Assembly: GCA_000708835.1 (NCBI GenBank) | Contig: DF237237.1 | Coordinates: forward strand, 1-64,000 | Source: Klebsormidium nitens | Lineage: Eukaryota > Plantae > Klebsormidiophyceae | Length of the DNA: 64,000 nucleotides | Direction of reading: 5' to 3' | Shown: positions 11,501 to 22,700 of the stretch, in pieces | Position numbering within the stretch: position 1 is the first letter of the stretch | Layout of the letters: every line of letters starts with the position of its first letter | Program-made: the position numbers and the translations under genes | The notes under the pieces: generated by a model | Told to the model about the DNA's origin: nothing | The model's database searches: none | The model's input: only the letters and a program-made list of their open reading frames with translations

Positions 11501-14500
11501 AGTTTTGTCAAGCTCGTCGGCAGTCGGTCCTGAAATTGACCGAGCTTTGCTTGCTTCTTCATAGAACCCGTACCTTTTGCAGAAGCTTTTGATTCGTCCG
11601 CTGGCACCGTGCTTTGTTTCTCAGAAGATTTTTCGGAACGGCTAGGAGGTTGGAGGCTATCCAAAGACGCACTTCGAGGAGCTTTATCCCTGGCTTGCCT
11701 TTCACTTCCTACAGGCTCCAGGTTTTCCGGCACGTTTTTCGCAACGGCTTTTCGTTCCTGCCCCCCCGCCGCAGTGTCAGCGCGCCCAGGGGACGCACGC
11801 AAGCCGCTGGCAAGGAGATCATTGGAAGGTTGCCGACCCCCCAATCCGACGGCGGCCCTGCCTGCCGCAAGCGAGGCGCGCCCTGTGGACGCACGCAGGT
11901 CGCTGGCAGGAGGCTTCGGTTCTTTACCGACGTCGGATGTCTGGCAGGGTTTGCTAGCCACGGCGATCCCCTCCGCTGTAGGCGCGGCGCGCCCAGAGGA
12001 CGCGCTCAAGCCGCTAGCAGGGGCTTGGGAGCCAAAAAGGCTCCGATCGAGCCCTTTCGCTGGAGGCGAGGCGCACCTCAAAGGCGCGCACAAGCCAGAC
12101 GCGTCAGGGCTTTCGGGGCTGAATCGTGCCGGAATTTTCTGAGATTCTTTTGCCGTTCCCTCAGAAGACGTGCTCAAGCCATCAATTTTGAGAGCAGCTG
12201 ATTCTGTCGCCTTTCGAATCCGCTTTCGCTTTTCTCGTCTCTGCTTTCTTTCCCTGTGTTTAGAGCCTCCTCGAGATCGTTTTTTGGCTTTTTGGGCCTC
12301 GTCCAGGGCTGCAGGCGTATCGGTGCTCGAAGAAGGATCTTCATCCTCTTCTCGTTTCCGTTTTTTAGAGCTTCGCCGAGGTCCTTGCGCCACTCTCTGA
12401 ACAGCTACTTCGGAAGTAGAAGGGTCTCCATCTTCTTGCGGATCGGTTGTGATGGGGTCGAGCGTGAAGTCAAGGACTGAAAGCAGAAGAAAGGATCAAG
12501 GAACAAGGTAAGAATCTCACAGATTTGCCAAAAAAAGACCCAACAAGGTGTTCCAACAATCAGCAGATGAAGTTGGCCATATGCCCCAGACAAGTTGGCA
12601 AAGCTTCAAGACAGAACCATATCTTTTTAGCCGTTCGAAGGGGATTCTTTGCTAGCCTCAACTCTGTGGTACCTGTCGGACATGAGAGCTCTGTAAGCGA
12701 TCATCTCGAAGCAAGCTAGTGTTATGCTTCGTAAGGAGATTTGAATGATTGCAACTTACGTGTCTGGATCAGATGCAGCCTTTTCTGGTCCTCGTGTACT
12801 TGCAAGGCTTCTCTTGAATCGTTCAGGAAGACGTTGTACTCTTGTATTTGTTGTTGGACGATCCCAATCTCACGTTGCAACCGGACAAGCTTGCCTTGCA
12901 GATCTTCCAGTGTAGTTTCGTACGCTGAGACTTCACCACTGCAGGCAAGCGGCGATGCCATACAACTCTTCAGAGATCGGCAACCATGTGAACTTCATTA
13001 AAATCTGCTAGCACAAACAAAAAGTATCAATTTCGTCGACCCTTAATAAGTACTGCATCAGTCTACTTTTTATAATCTAATGATCCTGAGGGAAAGCTCG
13101 ACTGAAAACACTGAAAGAAAGCCGAAGACTTAGTTATGATAGCACCGTGTCAGAGTTCAGGGCCTACCGGACATGCTCCATCGCCTCTGTAACATCTGCA
13201 GTCTGTTCCGAGACCAGCTTTTGGAGTTCAGGAAACCTGTTCAGGCACGAGAAGTTGCTCATTAGGTTTCCCACTGGCATCAATCTGAATAAAAGTACAC
13301 TGTGAGTCCGTTGAAACAACGAAGTACTGAAGAGCTCGCATAAGTTTGTGTTCAATAGAAGGTGACATGACAGCTTCATTGAATCTTTTCCGGAAGTGAC
13401 TTTAAGGTCTATCGTATTTAGGAATGAGTTTCTACCTTTGCACAGAAGCCTCAAGAATCTTGTCCACACTCTCAGCCAGTTCGACGTCTTGTAGCACCTG
13501 CGGATAAGCCATGGGATTCGTTGTGAATCAGGGACACATTCAAATCCTATATGAAAAAGCACAACTGGCTGTGCGAACCTAGCCTCCCGACTCCTCATCC
13601 TTGCCAGTGGCAACTTCTGCTTATTGTTACTTCATGCTTTGGAGCACGAATGCATTGAGTCCTGCGAGTCAATGGCACTTTGCAAATTTGTGCAACGACA
13701 GTTAGTAAGAGTGAGCTAAAAAGCTGCAAAAGGTGCAAAGTTTTTTTGGAAGAGAAGGTGATAACTCACGTCCAGCACCGCTTCCTTCCCCTCGGCACTT
13801 TCCACTTTCAGATCCGGGCTTTCCATCAACAGAAGCTCTTGCAGTCCCAGTACGTGAACCTTCCTACAAATTGGACGGTTGAGGTATACTTTCACTCCAA
13901 TGATCCATACAGCCAGACATCAAGCCGTGATCAACATACTGATACTCTTTACGATCGACCAAACAGGCTGCTCCTACTTTCGTTTTCTCCGAGGGTTTGC
14001 TTCTTTGCTTGATAAGTTTGTCAAATTTTCATTACCTTGAGGTGTAAACGTTGGTCAAAATCTTGGTAATTGCAACCACCAAACGCTCGAGCTTCGCGTT
14101 GGCTTCGTACTTCTGCTCGTCCACGTCGGGTAGTTCAATTGATTCAAACCTGCACAGGCACAAAAGACACGTCCTAAGTCGACTGGAGAATTCCGACAGG
14201 GTCGTGAGCGAAAAGTGTTTTCTGATTTGCCTCCGAGAATGTGGATCCTGGTCAGAGCTTTGAAAACACATTTGTATCACGGTTCTTTATATTAATTGCT
14301 TCATTAGATCCCATTGGAGAAGAAACTTCAAAGGCAATGAAGAAAAGTCAGGACCCCAAGGAGTTGAGCAAACGTATGAATGGGCTCCTCAGCTAGCTAA
14401 AGCTTGGGCAATGGCCACCTTGATAAGGTGTCAGAAACGTACTCGCTGTGGTCAAGCTCCATGTCGGTGACATCAGCAGCAGCAGCAGCTTCCCTTGTGT

Positions 14501-17500
14501 CGGCAGCCAAGTTGGAAGGCTTCTCCCTGTTACAAAGGAGACACCGGACGGTTTTCAATGCACACTGCCAGGAGTTGTTATAAATCGTAGATGCACATTG
14601 GGAATTGATTTGAAGCCGAACTTGCCGTTGAAGCATGCGAAATGGAACAAAAGCAAAGCCTGCTCCACACACTGAAGTTGCTCTTGGAAAAACGACCAAT
14701 GAAATCCAGTACTGCATTTGTGCCCCACTTTACGTCACTTATTGAAGTGAAATCTTTTTGGTACCGACCTGGGATTGCCATTGGCACTGTCATTGGCCGA
14801 GTCCTTAGCTGGGGACGAGTCTTGATTTTGACTTTTACGGCGCTGTCTTTCAGACGGCTCGGGAGCAGGATCAAAGGGCCTCTGCTCATCTTCAACGTTG
14901 ATTGGAGTTTCGGACTTGTTGTCATTAGGATTTGACGGCTCCGGGTCGAAAAGATGATCAAGACCCTCGTTGACGTAGTCTTCAGCCTCTTTCCGGATGG
15001 CCTCGACCCGTTCCTCCTGCAGATGGTTAGATCATTATATAAGGAGCTGGAAGTTTTCAACAACGAGACGGAATCTGGTGAACGAACGCTCAAAAGGTGC
15101 TGCAAGTTGAAATGAACGATTTCATTTCAGGGAAAGCAGCTAGCTTGAAGAGACCATGACAGCCTCGGTTGATTTTGGGGAGCTCTTGGCAATGGCCGGT
15201 TTGGGGTTTACTGATAGAAATTCTCCTGACCTCCGTGTGGTCAGGCAGAGCGGCCCTCCCTTGCGGCCGCCTCGGATGAATGGCCTCCCGTCTGAGCAGC
15301 TCCCTGAAGACAAAGTCCCTAAATGAATGCTAGTAGCTCGTTTTTAATTCTATGTAAGTCATGCTTCTGTCAGCAAGCAGGTTTCTCCGCAAGAGGAGGG
15401 TAAAACAATCATCGCTTCAACCACCAGCATCTGCAAGTAGCACACAGCATACTTCAGGAAGGTGATTTTCTCCTAAACGAAAGCTTGCTATCACTTTATC
15501 ATTGCAGCTAGAAACCACCTTACTTGTGGAGTCTTGGCAGCAGATGGTCATTCAGAATGCCCAGCTCTTGCACCTTCTCGATCTTGCCGTTGATTTTGCG
15601 CTTGGCGAATCTGTGGGCCTTGTAGGGGCGAAAGTGCTCGTGTGCGAGTTGCAGAAGCCGTTGATCGGAAAGCTCGGCCAGCTCCTCGTCCGAGTATACT
15701 GGTTCTGAGGTGACGTCAAAGTGATCGCCCGTGAACCCGTTCACCAGACGCGCCCCTTTGTGATTCCGATTCTTCGGATTATCGGGATGATCCTGCACAT
15801 GAGCACCATGCGTGGAGCCGTTTCAGATATCAAGCTCAGACTTCTTCGAAGAAAGACGCGGACGAAGTTCATGTATCTTAAAAGCTTATACAATACATGA
15901 CACGGCTCAGATCTCGCTTTTCACAGTGCATACAAAAGGAGCCTGTCTTCGTACTCACGCTCCAATAGAAACCTGCTTGGTATCCGGCATCACGCCTCAA
16001 ACGCTTATCCTCCTTTCCTGGGAGCGCCACCAAACCGAGATCGTCAAGAATGTTGGTCCTGCAAGACGAACAGGACAAGCACGGGCTTTTGTTTGGCAAG
16101 GGCATCTTTGATTCGTTACAAGCCTACAACATTGCAAGAAAGCAGAAAAGTCTCGAGACCTTGTACAAGTTTGTGCATAACAATTCCATTCTATCCTTCA
16201 GTCTTGGGGGATCAAAAGATTCTCAAAAAGTATTGAAGCACTGAATTGACGAGCTTTGACAACTCACCACTTGGTCACCTCGTTGTTCAAAGTTTCTGGT
16301 TCGTGATGCACGTTAGAAGGGTCATCATCAGGCTCCTCCCCGCACTTTTCGCAGACGGGGTGGTTTCTGCTTCTGTCCCCACAGCCTCCATGTCTCTTCC
16401 TCCAGCATGGACACCCCGCCTTTCCTTTCTTAGGGCACTTTTTCCCGTCAACACGATGGCCTGGCTGATGGCAGTGGCTACAGTAAACTGTCCTTTTTGT
16501 TCGAGCCTTTTTTGCAGAGACGGAGCTAACCTTCACGCCTTTCTTCTTTTCCTTGCTTTTAAGCTTAACCTTCTGAGACTTCTCTCCTCGCCGATCAGCA
16601 ATTGGCTGATCACTCTCGTCATCGGAGCTTTGCGGCGTTTCAGCCACCCCCTCAGTTTGCTCTGAATCAGTCTCCATGCCGGTCTAGGAAACGAAGGAAA
16701 GAGCGTAAGAAAGTCCCGAAATCTTGTAAGAAACAGTTGCGCGACTGTAGCGTGAAAGCTTCTTTGTCTTGACCTTGAAGATCTTCGATCTGCAAGAGAA
16801 ATCACTTCGAAAATTGAGCTTGAAGGTCTTCTGCAACGTGGTCATTTGTTTAATGTAGCACTGGATGCAACATTCCAAAGAATGCTCAAGTAAGACATGG
16901 CAATCTGTTTGGCATGGGGCTGTTTGGCAACCAGGTTTCATTTGAGTGGAGAGCTTAGAGTCAACCAGGCCTGTCCATTCAATCATATCATCAAGAATGG
17001 AGCACGAAATTCAACTGAGACATTCTAAAGAGCTTACCTTTTCAGATTCGGTGAGCTTAGAATTCAAGAGTCGCGTTGAATGGAGTCAATCAAGCTGTAT
17101 TTTCATCCCTGCATGGATCAGGACAGTGGTTTGGTACGGCACTGCTTCTGAGCAAAGAATTTACAGAGCGCGCCGGGGCAGAGGTCAAGCAGGCAAAAGG
17201 AAGTTCAGAAATGGGTTAAGAGCAAGCCAAGAAGATCGAGCAACAACTTTGACTATACATATAATGCGGTCTCTCATGTGTTACTGGAATCATCGTTTCA
17301 GCAAACGTTTCCATGTCCTGAAGGCTTGAGCACGCCCTCTTGGCATTGTCAGCAGATTTTGAGCAGCCGACAAGTTCTGACTCAGATCTCGTTATTCAAG
17401 CTCACCTGCCAGTTTTCAAGCTGGGCCTCAACCGAGCAGACTCTTCTGAAACTGAAAGCTTGAAGATTCTTGCAACATTCACTTTCTGCCAGCCTTTCTG

Positions 17501-17802
17501 CAACTTTCTCTTGTAGCTTGGCTTCACATGGACGCCATTCAACCTGACATGTTGCAATGAGCTGGGCTCAATCACGGCATTGCCTCTGACCCGTTTATTG
17601 GCAACGACTCTTGAATCTGCTCATTCAAGGCAGTGGAAGATCAGCAACTAGCAAACTTCATAGCTTCATAGCTTCAAAGCTGCGAAAGGTTGAAATGCAG
17701 CTCCCAAATCGGATGAAGCGCGAGCACAAGAAAGCAGAATAATAGGAAGGCGCTTCTACCTGGACAATTGCGGTACTCACGTCGGCCAACCAGCATGTGC
17801 AT
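8537..17802 (-). pseudogene. Multi-exon cargo gene inside the transposon: Cys/His cluster, coiled coil, basic low-complexity region, SH3/Tudor-like and DEK-C-like segments; probably decaying
   Basis: Exons from 16683 down to ~10565 join with consistent phases at GT-AG sites (NNE|ACNESK..FYWS|DHPDNPK..LHK|DFVFRE..DHTE|EERVEA..; EHVR|GEVSAY..LIQT|LLDFTLD joining ORF 11386-12393). There is an in-frame TGA at 10492-10494. Distal exons read AVGEKVELFDRKRQF|YVDMKVTDISIK.. and MERALTYSILRLFKDNKGLPEITLRCLVQELRARG. The 5-prime exons (17000-17802) and the 10480-9900 joins are uncertain. Confidence 0.6.
11781..12021 (-). repeat. Three ~35-bp coding repeats (ASGL[RS]ASxGRA) in the long cargo exon
   Basis: gcgcgccc..ggacgcacgcaagccgctggca variants at ~11781, ~11876 and ~11987. 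Confidence 0.7.
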
Positions 17803-18221
17803 CTACATTCAAGCCAGGCTAATCATCTTGCTAGGACCTGGTGGCCCAACCGACATTGTGGTTCGCGCACAGTTCGCAACAATGCATCCGCATTGTGAAT
17901 CATGGGGCCTAAGCAGATAAGCAAACGAAAACGACCTGCCAGCGATCAGCACGGTAATTTCATATTTTGAAACTCAGCTGTGAACGTTTGAGCTGAATTT
18001 GAGCTGCTCCGTTCTTCTGCAATGCTGCAATCATGACCGTCTGATCAGAAGCAAGAAGCTCAGTGCTGTCTGGTTGCCGCACTGACCGCACTTTGAAGAC
18101 TCAGCTGAGTGTGCTGACTGTGTATCAAGTCTAGACTCGGACTCACGGCCAGACTACAATTAGTCAGTCGCGCGCGCGTAACGGACACTAAATTTAGTCT
18201 AAATTTAGTTGGGGTTAGTGT

Positions 18222-18254
18222 CTAAACCTAGGCGGTTGCTCGCGAAGAGCTGTA
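18222..18254 (-). repeat. Right inner inverted repeat
   Basis: ctaaacctaggcggttgctcgcgaagagctgta, the inverted partner of 4926-4958. Confidence 0.85.
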
Positions 18255-18354
18255 AATGCCCGGTTGCTTCTGCGCTTTACAAGGATGGGTACCGCACGAC
18301 ATGTGACGGTTTGTACCATCCAAAGCCATTGTGCGCCCGGTACCGTCCGAACAA

Positions 18355-18384
18355 ATTTCTCCCAACGTTTATTCGTCAACTTTG
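18355..18384 (-). repeat. Right outer terminal inverted repeat followed by TA
   Basis: atttctcccaacgtttattcgtcaactttg then TA at 18385-18386. Confidence 0.8.
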
Positions 18385-19728
18385 TACGTTTTGCAGCAGG
18401 GGCATCGCCCACTTTTAAGCTTCGCCGCCAGCGGCGCCGGTGCCCTTGGTATGGTGACGTATATACGGTATATGGCGCCATATGGTTCGTTTGACGTGGG
18501 CCCTATACCGGTAGCTCTTTTTGTGTGCACGTTGGTTTAATACGGTAGTCCTAGGGAGATGGTCACTTCGTATGTATGTATGTACGGTATGTATGTGAAC
18601 CTGGGTGAACGCGTGCACACCCAGGTGCATAGCGCAAAAATGCTTGTAAACTTGTGGCGCACAATTGAATTGGTACACACCTTGATGGCGCCCATCCAAA
18701 CCAATTTGAGTGTGTGGGCAGTTCATTTATGTACAAAGAAATACAGTTTTGCCTGTTTGGCGATCCTGGCGTTTGTGCGGCGTGCCCTCTGGGCCTGTAC
18801 CTGGACGGCGCTGGGCCCGGCCCCCGCCTACACATTTTGACAAGTTCTGGGGGCGATTTATCAATCGCGAAAAATGGCAATGCGCAGCTCCATCGCGTGT
18901 GTGAGATTCATCTCGATCTAGATACGAGCCGTACGACGATGCCCGGTACTCGCTGCGGCCCAAAGTATTCCAATTCGCCGGGCGCAGCTGGGGCTATGTT
19001 TCAACGCGATTGGTTGCCCGGTGTAACCCTACCGGCAGCTGCAGAAGTTTTGGAACTTGGTGCAACTTTCCCGGCCTATGATTCCAGGAAAGTTACTGAG
19101 TTGCAACTTCTACAACTTGTTTCGGAACTCTCGTTCAAATTCTAATGTTGACCGGCAATGGATTGTGGAGGCGGAAACGGGAATGGACGAACAGGGGCAA
19201 TACAAGGCAATGCCACGCCTGACGGCGTTTGCTGGCATTGCCAAAAAATTCACCGAGTAGAAATTAGGCCGAGAGTACCGCTAGGTCTGACACGTCACAC
19301 GGTGCTGATTTTGAAAGTTTGAACGCGAAAGTTGAAACCGCATTTTGGAGGCAACTCGAAGTGCTGCCTTGCTGCATGGCCATTCAAGTTGGCGCGCCCA
19401 GCAATCCGGGACGCGTCTAGTAGGCAGGAATTAGGATAGGTAGCCCGATTGCGATAGATAACTTATGGCGCCTTCATCCTTTGCCACCAATATTAACTAG
19501 GTGGTGCTGCTGTTCAGGAAACCTACAGCTTAGCCTACCATACTAGCAGGCTAGAAATTTAGTGGAGCTCTGAAAATGGTGATGCAGATGGATTGCTTGC
19601 CAGCGTTTTGATTTCAAAGGTGGCAATGGAGGATACTCTGCTTGTGTCCACCGGGCAAGGATGGCGTGATCTGCGGGGAACGCTGATCGATCTCATATTT
19701 TAGCAGTGCCCCGGCAGGGCCTGACGGC

Positions 19729-22700
19729 ATGGCAGCCATCATTCGCCAAGGCAGCGCGGTGCTGCCCCTCAATGTTGGCACCGCCTCCGCACAGGGGACG
19801 TTGGAAGCAGGAAGCCGGAGGCAGTGGTGCCACAGCAATTCTCGCTGTTTTGGCGACCAAGCAACTCCTTTTCCCGACATAAATGCCGGGTCCTGGCCAG
19901 GGTTGGGAATCAGTGATCTGAGACGAGCATCAAGAAGACTTCTCTTGAGGCGCTTATACCGTGCGGATCCCAGGGGATCCCAGCTAACCCAGCAGCAGGG
20001 TGGCTGCGTCCGCTGCTCCCTCCCGGCCGCTGAGGAGGCGCCCATTGTGAGCAGCCACACGCATGCCCTTGGCGGGAGCCCTGTGGGGGCTGCCAGCAGC
20101 TTTGAGGTGCCGCATCGTGCTCGCTGGCCATGGCCGCTGGTGCGGGTAGAGCAGGCACAGGGTCCTCAGGGAGTGGGGCATGCGCAGATACTATGCCCGG
20201 ATTTTGGAGGTGCCTCAAAAGGCAGCAGACCCGGTCTACGATTACGTTTGCCTCGCCCGCTGTTTGGTCGTCCTCCTCGAGCCATCCCTGCCCTCGGCGT
20301 GACCCAGCAAGAGCTGCTGCTGGTGCTGGGGGCGGGCGGGCTCGTGCTGCTGGCGGTGCTCAACAAGATTCTTTTCAAGATGGCCATTGCCTCTATGCCG
20401 GACCAGCCGTTTGTGCTGGCCAACATCTGCACATTTGGGTGAGGGCATACCGGCTAGGCTTGTGCCAAGATCATTCAGATACAGAATTAACTTGTTTCAT
20501 CATGGACTAATATGCAGTGCAGAATAGTAGTCGGCAGTCTGTGTCTCTACCATGCTGCCCTGTAAGGACGACACGTAGCAGCACCGCACTTGCCGTCTGC
20601 AGCATCAGTCCAACTCGCGGGTGTCAGGTCTGCCGTTTGTCGCCTGCTTGACCCCTCTCCCCCGCTCCCTGGCCAGCTACCTGGTGCTGTACAGCGGCAT
20701 CGTGTGCCACCGCTGGCGCCGCGGGGCTGTGAGCCCAGACATGCTCCGGTACCCCAAAACCAAATTTGTCTGCATCGGAGCACTTGAAGCGGCGGGGGCC
20801 ATGCTTGGCTTGTTTGCGGCAGGTCAGATGTTGTGTCTTTTCTCAACAGTGAACACTGACATATTATGAATACCCACTTGCCTGCAACTCTGAGAGGTGT
20901 CATGTGCTCCTGGACTGAGGGTTGATCCTTGAACGGTCGGTGCTTCTTTTGGCAATTCTGTAGACCTTACCAAACGACGTTCTTACTGCAAGCTGCAACA
21001 GCCTTCAAAATCTGACGCTAGCTTGCCTATTGTTGCTTATTCGTGCAGGGTATGTTCCCGGTACTATTCTTCCCATCCTGAGCCAGGTGCGTGCTACACA
21101 CTTGCGCAGATTGGGAGTGCTGCGTGCTCCAGACTCCAGTCGTAATTGCTCCCTCTGTGCCTTTGAAAGAAAGCCTTCAGCTCTGCCCGCTGTGCACTGC
21201 ACTCCCTCCTTCAATCAGGACCTCCATCGCTCTAACTTGCCATGCTTCCTCCTTGTGCGCGCAGGGGTACCTGGTGTGGCAGCTGGTCCTGTCGGCAATC
21301 TTCCTCCGCCGGCGCTATTCCCTGGGCCAGCTAGTGGGCGTGGTGGTGTCCTTGGCAGGGATTGCAACAGTGGTGACCAAGTGAGTCTGCTGTTCCTTTC
21401 CAGCTTTAGCTCCTATACTTTTGGAGGCTCTACCTTATTGAGCATCGCAGCTCTCTACTTTCAACGGATCTCTCGCTGCTGTCTCTGAAGAGTAAATTGG
21501 AAGTTGGTTCGGATAAAATTCAAGCGCTGTCCCCTCACTAACGATCACCAACCGAGCTCCGGCACTGCTCCCCTTTTCCCCTTGAACCGTATTCTGCTCC
21601 CACAGGTGGCGCCGCTTTCTCTTACTGCATGCCCTGTCCCTTGCAGCGCCCATGCTGGCCCCGGTGTGCTGGCGAGCGGCCCGTCGTTTGTGTTCCCGTG
21701 CCTGTACCTGCTCAGCGCGTCGTTCTCCGCTGCGGCCTCGCTGGTCAAGGAGCGCCTGTTCCAGGAGGCCCCGCAGCACCTGGGCGCGGGGCGCAGCCTA
21801 GACCTGTTTGTGGTCAACCTGCTGGGGTCCGCCTTCCAGGTGAGCACACGCACAGCGCAGGCGGACGCTGCAGTTCAACTGTGATAAGTCTCCATTTGTC
21901 ATTGTTGTGTCAATTCCTCAGAAGATAAGCACGCCTCCAGCTGAGGTGCTCGTAGCAAGGGTTGAGCATCGGAGCAACAGGGGAGCAGCATGAATCGACG
22001 CCTGTAAAATGAGAGTGAGTTGCCATTTCTCGTTGGGTTTTTCCTTCCCCACTGCTCATGGTTCCTGAATCGAGTAACAAGGTCCAATGACGGATGTGGT
22101 CTGGATTGTCCCCAGGGAAGCATGTGACCTCGTTTTTTGTAAGCAATTGGGACGTCTCCTCTTGCTTTAGGCTGTCACTCAAGCTCCCCTTGCTCTGTGG
22201 GTGCAAGACTGCGAAGCGCCGTCTGCACAAACCTCTGGTTTCCCAATGCTTGCCCCCCTCCGCCCTGCAGTTCATGTTCCTCCTGCTGCTACTCCCGCTC
22301 GTCGCTAGTGCTCGCGGCGTCCCCCCCCCCGCCCTGCCTGCTCACCTGGCCACCGGCGCGGGCTGCTTCCTGGGCCACGCTGCAGTGGGGGGGGCTCCTT
22401 GCCACGGGGCGCCCCTGCTGCCGCTGGTCTACATCACGACCAACCTCGCGTTCAACGTGGCGCAGCTGGCGCTGCTCAAGGCGACCACGGCCGTGGTGCC
22501 CTCCATCGCGCTCACGCTCGCAGGTGAGGGGCCCGTGTAGCTCGATCAGCCGTGCGTAATGTCCCCAAAAGTGAGTTGCTCGAGGCTGGTCTGTTGATGC
22601 TCCCTGGGGAACCTCTGTCCATACGACCACCAGCCTATGATGCCCATGAGTTTGAGACGGGATTGTGAACTGAAGCAACTCAGCAAGCAGACTCGAAAAA

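Larger units (their letters stand above)
4533..18384. mobile_element. Large (~13.9 kb) IS630/Tc1/mariner-superfamily DNA transposon with cargo
   Basis: Outer inverted repeat CAAAGTTGACGAA..TTGGGA at 4533-4561 matches 18355-18384 (first 13 bp identical). Inner inverted repeat 4926-4958 matches 18222-18254 (31/33). TA follows the right end; the left flank reads CA. The element encloses a DDE transposase and a long antisense gene. Confidence 0.75.

Noticed and set aside
11609-12400. Plus-strand ORFs of 177-195 aa
   Set aside because: Antisense shadows of the GC-rich cargo exon.
17050-17543. PARP/ADP-ribosyltransferase-like guess for the first cargo exons (RRVCSVEAQLENW, LIHAG)
   Set aside because: No convincing H-Y-E motifs, the frame is ambiguous, and there is an in-frame stop.
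8000-18000. Fanzor/TnpB nuclease as the transposon cargo
   Set aside because: No RuvC motifs (D[PL]G, RDxNAAxN) or terminal CxxC..CxxC arrangement were found in the spliced exons I could reconstruct.
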